The position numbers and the translations under genes were made by a program. Shown here in pieces: positions 9,882-19,700 of a DNA stretch of 32,000 nt. The notes below the pieces were generated by a model. It searched no databases. It was given only the letters and a program-made list of their open reading frames with translations, and was not told where the DNA came from. How positions within the stretch are numbered: position 1 is the first letter of the stretch; the number at the start of each line of letters is the position of its first letter. The stretch comes from Pirellula staleyi DSM 6068 (GTDB taxonomy: Bacteria; Planctomycetota; Planctomycetia; Pirellulales; Pirellulaceae): contig CP001848.1 in the NCBI GenBank assembly GCA_000025185.1, positions 3,720,001 through 3,752,000 of the forward strand, given 5' to 3'.

Positions 9882-10343
9882 ATGATGTCGCGCAGTTACA
9901 TTCGATTTGTCTGGGCCGCAGTGTGGCTCGTAGCAATGTGGATGGCAGTCCAGACAACGCAAGCCCAGGAATCTGCCCCTGAAACCAAGGCCAATCCGGT
10001 GGGAGAATTGGTTGCTCGCATCACCAAAGCGGTAGGAGACGATAAGCCGTTCTCGCTGATTGTCCGTTTGAAGTTAAAGCCAGAGGCGATCGAAAGTTTC
10101 ATCGCAGCGGCTAAAGAGGGGGCTGCTGAGAGTCGCAAAGAAGCAGGCTGCCTGCTCTACGACTTTCACCAAAATCAAGAGGACCCCACCGAAGTGTTCG
10201 TGCTCGAGAATTGGAAAGATGTCGCCGCACTCAAGCTGCATCTCGCCTCGCCTCATTTTGCAAAACTTGGGGCTGCTGTGGGACCGGCTGTTGTCGAACC
10301 GATGCAAGTTCGCATCACGAAGCTGGTCACCCCGATCCAGTAG
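9882..10343 (+). CDS. Antibiotic-biosynthesis-monooxygenase (ABM/YgiN-like) domain protein with signal peptide
   Basis: 153-aa ORF, GGGAGGG Shine-Dalgarno before ATG 9882, signal peptide ending TTQAQE. ABM ferredoxin-like pattern FSLIVRLKLKPE...F..A......SRKEAGCLLYDFHQN..DP..F.VLE.W.D..AL..H..S.HF. Confidence 0.65.
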   Translation: MMSRSYIRFVWAAVWLVAMWMAVQTTQAQESAPETKANPVGELVARITKAVGDDKPFSLIVRLKLKPEAIESFIAAAKEGAAESRKEAGCLLYDFHQNQEDPTEVFVLENWKDVAALKLHLASPHFAKLGAAVGPAVVEPMQVRITKLVTPIQ

Positions 10344-10378
10344 CCACATCAGAATTCGGAGGCGGATGAGTCGTGAGG

Positions 10379-11362
10379 CTATTTGGCTCTCTTGGCTTCG
10401 ATGCAATCCTGAATGATGGAATCGAGGTCGTATGCAGCCTGATAAGCGATTGTTCGTTTCAGTTTTGATAGGTCGGGAACGCGGCGACGAATGTCCTCGA
10501 ACGTTTTGTCGTACGCTTGCTGGTACGACACGAATTCCACCTGCGACTCGCTTCGCGCGAGCGCAATCACACGTTTAGCAAGCTCTAAAATCGAGACGGG
10601 CTGATCGCTGCCGATGTTGAAAATTTCGCCCGTGGCTTCGTGAGTTTTCATCAGCCGCAGCACAGCCGAAACGACATCACGCACATGAGCAAAGCAGCGC
10701 GTTTGCTTGCCATCGTCGTGCACCTGCAGTGGGTGCCCCATGAGTGCAGCATCGACAAATCGTGGTAAAACCATGCCGTAGGCACCGGTTTGTCGCGGGC
10801 CGACGACATTGAAAAAACGCCCAATCACGATCGGAAGTCGACTCGTCTTGTAATGGGCAAGAGCCAGGAATTCATCAACCGCTTTACTCACCCCGTACGA
10901 CCAGCGTGGTTTGGTCGTGCTGCCAAACACCAAGTCGTCTTCCTCGTTCCAGACCGGCTTCGGATTTTTTCCATACACCTCGCTCGTGCTGGCGAGGAAC
11001 AATTTGATGTAGCGACCAGCCCGATGCTGCTGCAGCACCAAATCGAGTAGCTGATGCGTGGGAAAGATGTTTCGCTCGATGGTCTGGATCGGCTGGCTGG
11101 CAATCAGTGCCACCCCCACGGCAGCTGCTAGGTGATACACCTCGTCGATCGACGGAATCACATCGGCGACGATTTTGGCGTCGGCAACGCTCCCCCTCAA
11201 AAGCTGAAGTTTTGGGTGCGATTTCACCTTGGCCAGATTGTCGAATTGGCCGGTCGACTCATCGTCGATCACCGTGACATGGCAACCTTCGGCCAAAAGG
11301 GCTTCGGTGAGATACGACCCAATGAACCCGGCTCCACCTGTCACCAATACCTGTCGTGTCAC
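10379..11362 (-). CDS. NAD-dependent epimerase/dehydratase (extended SDR; UDP-glucuronate decarboxylase / UDP-sugar epimerase-like)
   Basis: Rossmann VLVTGGAGFIGSYL, ASTSEVYG, catalytic YGVSK. Start is uncertain. GTG 11362 puts the GxxGxxG about 8 aa from the N-terminus (typical) and follows AAAGGA. ATG 11473 or 11539 would add 37-59 non-conserved residues. Confidence 0.75.
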   Translation of the reverse strand: MTRQVLVTGGAGFIGSYLTEALLAEGCHVTVIDDESTGQFDNLAKVKSHPKLQLLRGSVADAKIVADVIPSIDEVYHLAAAVGVALIASQPIQTIERNIFPTHQLLDLVLQQHRAGRYIKLFLASTSEVYGKNPKPVWNEEDDLVFGSTTKPRWSYGVSKAVDEFLALAHYKTSRLPIVIGRFFNVVGPRQTGAYGMVLPRFVDAALMGHPLQVHDDGKQTRCFAHVRDVVSAVLRLMKTHEATGEIFNIGSDQPVSILELAKRVIALARSESQVEFVSYQQAYDKTFEDIRRRVPDLSKLKRTIAYQAAYDLDSIIQDCIEAKRAK

Positions 11363-11894
11363 GTCCGGTCCTTTGTAACCGCGTAGCGTCAAACTGCTTG
11401 CTATCGCGACCGATTCCAGCCTGTCGGTGATAGCTCGTTCTCGATTGTGACCTCCCCAGCAAGCTGCCGCCATGCCTGCTAGAGAACCTCGGGGGAGCGA
11501 TTTGGAACTTTTTCCTTCGCCAGTTCGTAACACTCGCACCTGGTGAGGACCATACGACTACAACCTCTTCTGCTACTCCGTTCGGACTCAGCGACCCGCC
11601 CTTGGCCGAAAAACAGCGGTCCATCGGCTCGCGATTTGCCTGCGGATGAGTAGGGCAGCTTTACGCCCCTTCCGTGCAGAAGTAGACTCGCAGATAGGGT
11701 TTGTGCGCGGTGATTGTATCGCGGGCACATAAGAATCCATGGAAATGACGGGATCGATTTGGGCACGTTGCGGCAGGTGTGCGGCTGAAATGCGACTCTC
11801 CTTGTGAGGGGGCTTCCAGCCTGACGCTTGGGACCATGCGGCAACAACACTCTCCACCGGCTCGGCAGCCGTTTGAACTTTGAGGGAATCTGCG

Positions 11895-14800
11895 ATGCGA
11901 TATGCAGCGATTCGATGGACTCACGTGGTGTTTTTGCTGGCGGGGATGCTCGCTGGGGGGGCACTGTCTTTCACTACTGTGGCACAGGCTCAGGAAAAAC
12001 CAGCGGAGTCGCCCCCAGCAGCACGCCAGAAGTTTGTCGACGCCGGTAACTTCCAAAACAACGGCGCTTTCGACCTCGCAGTCGACGAGTGGCAGGCATT
12101 CCTCAAGGCCTATCCGACCGATCCACTCGCTGGCAAAGCACGTTACTACCTGGGCGTCTGTTTGCTGCAGCAGAAAAAACCCGAAGAGGCTCTCGCCGCA
12201 TTCGAAAAGGTGCTCGCGGACTATCCCAAGTTCGAGCAAATGGAAGACTTGCTCGTCAATCTCGGCAGCTGTCAGTATTCCCTGGGGCAAGCGGGAAAAG
12301 CGGAGATGTTTGGCAAGGCTGCCACCTCCTACGCCAAGCTGGCCAAAGATTTTCCCAAGAGCAAGTTTGTCGAAGAGTCGCTCTTCTATCAGGGAGAATC
12401 TCTCTACTCGGCTGGCAAGAAGGGCGAGTCGCTCGCACCTTACGAGCAGTTGATCAAAGATTTTCCGAAGAGCACTCGTCGTGAAGAAACTCTCTACGCG
12501 CTCGGCTGCACGCAAGAGGAACTGGGTAAGTATGAACCAGCTTTAGCTACTTTCGAAACACTGCTGAAAGAATTTCCCGAGAGCAAACTTGCCACCGAAG
12601 TGACGATGCGAAAAGCAGAGGCGCTTCTGCAAAAGGGTGACTTGGCCGCCGCTGAAAAGCTGTTTGGCGAAGTTGCGGCCGTGAAGGGATTCTCTCAGGC
12701 GGACTATGCCTTGTTGCGACAAGGGACAGCGCTCGCGAAGCAAGAAAAGTTTCCTGAAGCAGCGGCGGTGCTTGTGAAGCTTGTCACCGATTTTGGCTCC
12801 TCGGCCTACGTCGCCGATGCCACCCTCGGCGCTGCTCGCTACTTCTATCGTGCCAACAACGATGCCGAAGCCGAAACGTGGCTCAAAAAAGTAGTGGAAG
12901 CCAAAACACCAGCCGCTGCAGAAGCTGCCCACTGGCTCGCGCGCCTGTACATCAAAACCGGTAAGCCAGCCGATGCTGAGAAGGCGGCAAAGGACGCACT
13001 TGCTGCCGGAGGGGATAGCCCGTATCTCGTCAATTTGCTCCTCGATCAAGCCGACGCACTTTTCGAAATTTCCGAGCGTCGCGCTGAGTCGCTTCCGCTA
13101 TTCCTGAAGTTTGCTGCCGATCATGCTTCGCACGAGCAAGCTCCGCTGGCGCTCTATAGTGCGGCATTTACTGCGCTTGATCTGAAAAAATTTGACGAAG
13201 CCCTAAAGCATGCTGCTGACTTCGAGAAGGCTTACGCCACCGCGCCACTTCTGCCCGACACCAAATACGTTGCAGCCGAGGCCAATCTTCAGCTTGGCAA
13301 ATTGCCTGAAGCAGAAGCTGCTTATCGAGAACTGGTTGAAAAGTTTGCTTCCCACGCCGAGGCCGATACGTGGAAGATTCGACTCGCACGCACGCTGCTG
13401 CTCGAGAAAAAATACGACGATCTCGTCACCACGGTCACTCCCCAAATTACGACGCTGAAGAAGCACGAACTCGTTGCCGAGGCTCATTTCCTCGTCGGCA
13501 GCGCTCAGTTCTTTGCCGACAAGTTCAAGGAAGCCGAAACCTCGCTCAATGCGTCGCTCGCAGCCGATCCGAAGTGGCGTCAAGCCGATGAAACGATGCT
13601 GCTCGTTGCACGGACGCAGCGCAAGCTCGATCAGGTCGATGCCGCTAAATCAACGCTCCAAAAGTTGATGACCGACTTCGCTAGTTCAACGGTACTTGAT
13701 CAGGCCCATTACCGCATGGGAGAGATTTTGTACGCCGCCAATGATTTTGCAGGATCAGCCACCGAGTATTCGGTAGTCGTTACGAAGTACCCTGAAAGTC
13801 CTTTTGCTCCCTATGCTCTTTATGGTCAGGGATGGTCGCTACTGAAGTCGAAAGAGTTTGCCAAAGCGGTCGAAAGCTTCACTTCGGTAATCGACAAACA
13901 TGCGTCGCACGAACTCGTGGCAGATAGTCAGTACGGACGTGCCGTGGCGCGTCGACAAGCAGGAGACGCCGCGGGCTCACTGGCCGATTTCGATGCTTAC
14001 CTGAAAAAAGAGCTCACTCCCGATCAGAAATGCGACGCCCTCTATGAACGTGGTTTGGCACAAGTTGCCATCATGAAGTACGCCGATGCCGTGGCGAGCT
14101 TCGACGAACTGCTGAAGGTGAACGCCAAGTATTCGGCCGCCGATAAAGTGCTTTATGAATTGGCTTGGGCTCAAAAGTCGCTCGACAAACATGCTGAAGC
14201 GGTTCCCCTGTTCGAGAAGATCGCCAAGGATTATCCCGAGAGCCCACTCGCAGCAGAGGCTTGGTTCCGTGTTGGTGAGGATCAGTACGAGAAGAAAACG
14301 TACGACGTGGCGGTAAAGTCCTACACTGAAGCGATGGGGAAAAAACCGGCTGGCGAACTGGGTGAAATGACGAGCTATAAGCTTGGATGGGCCAATTTTC
14401 AGCTGAAGCAGTATCAACCCGCACTCGATAGTTTCTCGTCGCAAGTGAAAGATCATCCCGCTGGTCCGCTCTCGGCCGACGGTATCTTCATGAAGGCGGA
14501 ATGCCTCTTCCGCATGGAAAACTATAAAGACGCTTACCCAGCGTACGAAGCCGCCTCGAAGACCAAGTTCTCGAGTCCCACGTACGAAATGCTAACGCTG
14601 CTCCACGGTGGTCAAAGCGCCGCCCAACTCAGCAAGTGGGACGATGCACTGAAGCTCTTGTCGCAGATTCCCGCTAAATTTGCCGACTCGCCTCTCTTGC
14701 CCGAAGCTACTTATGAAATCGGCTGGGCCAAGCAGAACCTCGGCAAGCTCGACGAGGCGCTCGTCGACTACGAAGCAGCTGCGAGTGCCTCGCGTGATCA

Positions 14801-15125
14801 AGTCGGAGCGAGGGCTCGCTTCATGCGTGGTGAGATCATGTTTGAACGCCGCGAGCATGATGCTGCGATCAAGGAGTTTCAGCGCGCCATGTTTGGCTAT
14901 GGTGGAGATGCTGCGGCACCGGAAGTGAAGAACTGGCAGGCACGTTCGGGTTTCGATGCCGGACGCTGTGCTGAAGTGCAGATCATGGGTGCTGCCGATG
15001 CTGCGGCGAAGGCCAAAGCGATTGCCGAAGCAAAGCGGCTCTACACCTATGTGGTTGAGAAGCATCCGCAGCATGAACTTGCGGCCGAAGCGAAAAAACG
15101 ACTCGCCGCACTCGAAAAACTATAG
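11895..15125 (+). CDS. Secreted giant TPR protein built from repeated CpoB(YbgF)/BamD-like TPR units
   Basis: ATG 11895 after GAGGGAA (the ORF track starts at TTG 11880). Signal peptide VVFLLAGMLAGGALSFTTVAQAQ. At least 8 recurrences of the unit signature D[YFH]P.S....E..[FY]..G...: DYPKFEQ, DFPKSKFVEESLFYQGESLY, DFPKSTRREETLYALGC, EFPESKLATE, KYPESPFAPYALYGQGW, DYPESPLAAEAWFRVGE, DHPAGPLSADGIFMKAE, KFADSPLLPEATYEIGW, KHPQHELAAEA. Confidence 0.8.
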   Translation: MRYAAIRWTHVVFLLAGMLAGGALSFTTVAQAQEKPAESPPAARQKFVDAGNFQNNGAFDLAVDEWQAFLKAYPTDPLAGKARYYLGVCLLQQKKPEEALAAFEKVLADYPKFEQMEDLLVNLGSCQYSLGQAGKAEMFGKAATSYAKLAKDFPKSKFVEESLFYQGESLYSAGKKGESLAPYEQLIKDFPKSTRREETLYALGCTQEELGKYEPALATFETLLKEFPESKLATEVTMRKAEALLQKGDLAAAEKLFGEVAAVKGFSQADYALLRQGTALAKQEKFPEAAAVLVKLVTDFGSSAYVADATLGAARYFYRANNDAEAETWLKKVVEAKTPAAAEAAHWLARLYIKTGKPADAEKAAKDALAAGGDSPYLVNLLLDQADALFEISERRAESLPLFLKFAADHASHEQAPLALYSAAFTALDLKKFDEALKHAADFEKAYATAPLLPDTKYVAAEANLQLGKLPEAEAAYRELVEKFASHAEADTWKIRLARTLLLEKKYDDLVTTVTPQITTLKKHELVAEAHFLVGSAQFFADKFKEAETSLNASLAADPKWRQADETMLLVARTQRKLDQVDAAKSTLQKLMTDFASSTVLDQAHYRMGEILYAANDFAGSATEYSVVVTKYPESPFAPYALYGQGWSLLKSKEFAKAVESFTSVIDKHASHELVADSQYGRAVARRQAGDAAGSLADFDAYLKKELTPDQKCDALYERGLAQVAIMKYADAVASFDELLKVNAKYSAADKVLYELAWAQKSLDKHAEAVPLFEKIAKDYPESPLAAEAWFRVGEDQYEKKTYDVAVKSYTEAMGKKPAGELGEMTSYKLGWANFQLKQYQPALDSFSSQVKDHPAGPLSADGIFMKAECLFRMENYKDAYPAYEAASKTKFSSPTYEMLTLLHGGQSAAQLSKWDDALKLLSQIPAKFADSPLLPEATYEIGWAKQNLGKLDEALVDYEAAASASRDQVGARARFMRGEIMFERREHDAAIKEFQRAMFGYGGDAAAPEVKNWQARSGFDAGRCAEVQIMGAADAAAKAKAIAEAKRLYTYVVEKHPQHELAAEAKKRLAALEKL

Positions 15126-15232
15126 AAGCGTTTGTAGCGGTATCCCCGATCGAATCAACGGACTCAGCACACTTGGGCAGATCAATCCATGGGGCGATCT
15201 GCCAACTTGTTCAAGCGAAGGTGACAGTGGTT

Positions 15233-16174
15233 ATGCAAGCTATTCGTCGACATTACCGACTGCTGTTGCTCGCAGTTTTCCTGCTGGGCTCTTTGGCCAT
15301 CTCATCGCTCACTCTCCGCCAAGTTTGGGCTCAGACACCAGCCGATACGCAGGCAGGCCCAAGCGCCGATCCTGTACCGACGGGAAGTGAAACGACAGAA
15401 GAAGCTGTCCCGGCAGCGGCTCCCGCGCGCGACGATTCAATCAACGTGCTGCAACTGGCGCTCGATGGTGGGATCTTCATGATTCCGATTGCCGCCATGT
15501 CGCTCCTGGGAGTGACCATGGCAATCGAGCGTTTCATCGGTCTGCGAAAAGAGCGAATTCTTCCCGACGGACTCGTCACCGATCTCGGACAGCTAAGTCT
15601 GCAAGGTGGTTTTGATCCGCGAAAAGCCTATCGCATTTGCCAGCAGTATCCATCGTCGGCAGCCAATATCGTCCGTTCGATGCTGCTGAAAGTCGGCCGT
15701 CCACTTTCAGAAGTGGAGCATACCGTGAGTGAAGCAAGTGCTCGCGAAGCCGATCGCTTGTATGGCAATGTCCGGTGGCTCAATCTGGCCGCTTCAGTGA
15801 CACCGCTGCTAGGTCTACTCGGAACGGTGCAAGGGATGATTCTGGCGTTTCATATGACCACCGTCATCGACGCTGGGCAAAACAAGTCGATCGCGCTGGC
15901 CGAAGGTATTTACACCGCGCTGGTCACCACGTTTGCTGGGCTGACCGTGGCAATTCCAGCGGCGATGCTGTCGCACTACTTCGAAGGTCGGATTCAAACG
16001 TTGTTCCACCAAGTCGACGAGTTGATCTTTAACCTGCTGCCGCAGATCGAGAAGTACGAAGGCCGTGTTCGATTTGGTCGAGCGGGTGGCGAGCCCGACA
16101 TGACGCTCGACGAACCACGTCCCGCACCTGCTGCGCAGCAAGCTCCCGCAGTGGCAGCATCGTCGTCGAAGTGA
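15233..16174 (+). CDS. exbB: MotA/TolQ/ExbB proton-channel family protein with N-terminal signal-like extension
   Basis: Motifs LLGLLGTVQGMILAF and ALAEGIYTALVTTFAGLTVAIPAAMLSHYF. ATG 15233 after GAAGGTGA gives MQAIRRHYRLLLLAVFLLGSLAISSLTLRQVWAQ. The exbB versus tolQ assignment cannot be made from sequence alone. Confidence 0.85.
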   Translation: MQAIRRHYRLLLLAVFLLGSLAISSLTLRQVWAQTPADTQAGPSADPVPTGSETTEEAVPAAAPARDDSINVLQLALDGGIFMIPIAAMSLLGVTMAIERFIGLRKERILPDGLVTDLGQLSLQGGFDPRKAYRICQQYPSSAANIVRSMLLKVGRPLSEVEHTVSEASAREADRLYGNVRWLNLAASVTPLLGLLGTVQGMILAFHMTTVIDAGQNKSIALAEGIYTALVTTFAGLTVAIPAAMLSHYFEGRIQTLFHQVDELIFNLLPQIEKYEGRVRFGRAGGEPDMTLDEPRPAPAAQQAPAVAASSSK

Positions 16175-16267
16175 AGTCTGATTGGCTAAGGTTGCGAGTT
16201 CGGTTTCCGTTGTCGGTCGAGATCCAATCGGTTTCGGAAACTTCGATTAGCTGAAGGTTGGTGCGTG

Positions 16268-16684
16268 ATGGCGGTGAAGATCAACAAGGGTAAAGCCCTC
16301 GACCTGTTCAACCTTACACCCATGATCGACATGGTGTTCTTGCTTTTGATTTTCTTTCTCGTGGCAAGCCGGTTTGAGGAAGAAGATCGCGAGCTCGATG
16401 TGGAGTTGCCGAGCGCTAGTGAAGCACGTCCGCAGATCTCGAAGCCAAAGGAAATTTACGTCAACGTCGATAGCACGGGTAAGATGTTCGTGGATGGACG
16501 CGTGGTGAGTTCACTTGAACTCGACCGCTTTCTGACACGTGCGGCTGTCGACAATCCACTGGGACAAACAGTGGTGATTCGCGCCGACAAACGAGTGGAA
16601 CTCGACAGCGTGGTGGTGGTGATGAACTTGTGTAATAAGGCCGGAATTCGCGATTATTCTCTCACCACTGCGGGCGAACCGTAA
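16268..16684 (+). CDS. exbD: ExbD/TolR biopolymer transport protein
   Basis: 138-aa ORF (GTG 16265 / ATG 16268 after GAAGGTTGG). Single TM with the conserved Asp: LTPMIDMVFLLLIFFLV. Periplasmic domain pattern IYVNVD..G....DG......L......VVIRADK.V....VV.VM..C..AGI. Confidence 0.85.
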   Translation: MAVKINKGKALDLFNLTPMIDMVFLLLIFFLVASRFEEEDRELDVELPSASEARPQISKPKEIYVNVDSTGKMFVDGRVVSSLELDRFLTRAAVDNPLGQTVVIRADKRVELDSVVVVMNLCNKAGIRDYSLTTAGEP

Positions 16685-16728
16685 CGAGTCGTAGCGAGCA
16701 TAGGGCACGCGAGACGGAATTAATAAGT

Positions 16729-19700
16729 ATGGCCAAGATCAGACGCGTCGTTCGCAAGGTGCAAGCCAGCGGGGGCGACTATTTTGACGAGCATCTGTGG
16801 CCCGTATTTATTGCGCTCGTCGTTCTCGGCGGCTTCTTGATGGGCATTAGCGCGGCCTATCTCAAGTTCAGCGATACGCCCTGGTATGCCAATGCCCTCA
16901 CGTCGCTGATTCTAATTCCGGTCGTCATCGCGGCTTTCATGTTCGCGTTTTGCTACGTCGACAACCGCGTAGTGCGGCGCTCGATGCAGCTGTCGGTGGT
17001 GCTGTGTGGCATTCTGCATATCGCCCTCGTGATTCAAATGCTCGAGACCAAGATCTTCAGCGCGTTCTTCGATGAACCTGCAGCAACCGAGCAGATTGTC
17101 GAGCGCCGTCCGCCGAAAGTCATTCCCGAATATCGCCCCGAACAGTTGCTGCCTGCAGAGGATCGTCCACGGCAAGATTTCGAACGTCCTGTGGAAACGC
17201 AGACCCCTGAACCTGTGGAACCCGTGACCGAGATTGTTCGTCAGCCAGAACAAGAGAAGCAAGAGACCCCGCCCGAGCCGCAGCCGGTGCCAGTTCCCGA
17301 GCAAGTGGCGACGACTGAGCCCAACGTGGTGAAGCGTCCCCGGCCGAACGAAGCGGCTCCGCGACAAGCGGAGCAAGCGTCGAAGCTTTCTCGACAAACC
17401 AAGCCATCGGAAATGAAGGTGAGTCAGGTCACCGAGACGCCGCAGATCACGGAGCCTCGCCCGACTGGTGTAGAAGCGACAGCTGCGAAAAGCACGGTGA
17501 AACGTCAAGATCCAGCCGCCTCTCCGAGTGGCAAAGTGGCTGCCGATGCGCCGAGTAGCACGCTCGATACTCCGCAGCCCCGCGTAGCACGGCAAACGGC
17601 ACAGCGTTCGGCCGAGCAGTCTGCGACAAAAACCCCTACGCTCGAACGCGCAGTAGCAACGCCTGCGGCAACTCCGCGATCGCAAGTGGCTGTGAGTGAG
17701 ACCCCAGCGACCTCGAAAGCGACAACGCCAACGGAGCTTGCCCCATCGACAGTCTCGCCCACGAAGCGGACAGCTACTTCGGTTGAAGTTGCCAGTAAAG
17801 AAGCGACCGATGTACCACTGGCTCGAGCCACTCCCGATTCGAAGCCTCAGCGAGCAGAGCTTCCCTCGGAGCAGCGTCCTCAAGTGGCTCAGGCACAGCA
17901 GCCAACTCCTTCTCGTCAAACTCGCAACACGGCCAGACCTGACTTAGCAACTGCTGCCGCCGAAGTTGCACCAGGAGAAGCCAGCCCCACTGCTCAGCCG
18001 ACGGAAATGGCGCCAGCTGCGACGGCGCTTGCGCGTGCCTCGGCCGAAGTTTCGTCGCCGACTCCGTCGACCACGCCCGCCACGGAACCGAACACGGCCA
18101 ATACACAGCAAGCAGCAGCGCGTATCGCACGTACGACGGGCCAATCGGCTCCGGCAGCAACGGCCAATCCTCAAGCAACCCCGACTCGCACGCGAGCTAC
18201 GGGGAATCCCAGCATCAATAACGCCCCGCAAGTGGAGGTAGCTGCTGCCGCGCCGACCACGGCCTCGACATCGGGCGAACTGGCTCCATCGAGCATGGCG
18301 ACACGTCGTCAAGCGACAGCCGAGAGTGAAGCAGCTCCATCGGCAGGTAATCCGACTCCTGCGGCAGTCGCGGCTGCGACCCCTAGTAATACGCCAAGCG
18401 AGACACCGCGTCGCACGACAGTAGCAGCCAGTAGTGGTGATGCGCCTCCTGCTGATTCGCCTGCTCAGCCTGCACCGAGTGCTCGCTCCAGCACGCGACC
18501 TGCTGTAGCCAATGTGGTGACCAACGTGAGTGACGTGCCGACCAATGCCGCGCCAAACACGGCTGCCAGCAGTAATCCTGGCCCCTCGAGTGCCACAGTG
18601 TCGCGTCAAACTGCTCCCGGAAGTGTCGCAGCGCAGCGCACGCAAAACAGTGCCGATAGTGCTTCCTCGAGCGCTGCCACTCAAATCACCGCAGGCAGCT
18701 TCAGCCGAGTCCCAACCGCTCAATCGCCATCGATCTTGCCTGCACCAGTGGCGGGAGCTCCTCGCCGAGCTGTGGCTGCAAGCAACAGCGCCACATCGCC
18801 CGCTGCTGTCGAAAGTCCAGCTGCAGCTGTGGCGCAGGGAAGCGGCGACCAGTCGGCTGAGCCGGCCCGCATGGCACTCAGTCGATCGATTGCAGGGACC
18901 GCAGGGGCTGGTCGTTCGCCAAACTTCGATCGGGCACTTCCAGGAGCCGAAAGCCCAGCTCAAGTTGCCTCGGCTGCCGCTCGACGTGCAGAAGCAACGC
19001 AAAAAGCGGAACCTGGCGATGCGCTTTCCCCCAGTGCACCTGCGACGGTAGCTCGCTCGCGTAGCGATGCCGATTTGCCTACCGCATCGCTGCGTGCCGA
19101 AGCTACGGAAGTCGCCACCGCTCCAGGCAGCAACACTACGGCTGACATCTCGGCGAGCTCTAGTGCCGCACTCTCTCGCGCCGATGCCAATGCACGTCCG
19201 TCGCAAGTCACAGGTGCACCTGGAGCCAGCGACGTTGACGTCGGCAGCACGCAGGTGGTGGCCGAACAGGGGATGGGGCGTGCTTCTGGAGGTGGGCAAA
19301 CGCAGCTGAATTTCGATACTCAGTCGCCCCAGATCGCCCGTCGAACCAGCAGCGGCGGAGCCCCCATCGTATCGCTCGCCGCGGCTGATCTAGGAGATAC
19401 TGCTTCGGCCCCAATGGCTGATGGTGGTGGACAACCGTCGGCTGCTCAGCCCGATGCCACCACGCTGGCGATCAATCGCACCACAGCTGGAGGTGAGTCG
19501 ACGATTTCTGGCGGCCCTTCGAAAGCAGATGAAGCTGGCCCTGTCACCGAAGTGAACACCGCACAAACCCTTGCTCAAAGCCAAGTGAGCCGCGCCGACA
19601 ACTCCGATGGTTCGGCTTCCGGAGGTGGCGAGCCGGCCCTCACCGCTGAAGAAGAGGAAGAAGAGCGTAAGCGTCGCTTAGCACGCGCTGCAGCCGGTGG

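Noticed and set aside
11661-12515. 284-aa minus-strand ORF overlapping the 5' part of the TPR gene
   Set aside because: It is antisense to a gene with clear repeated TPR signatures. Its translation is low-complexity with no motif.
16175-16267. Interleaved short complementarities in the exbB-exbD spacer (GATTGG...GTTTCCG...CCAATC...CGGAAAC) as a pseudoknot
   Set aside because: The stems are only 6-7 bp and cannot be assessed statistically by eye. No comparative support is available.
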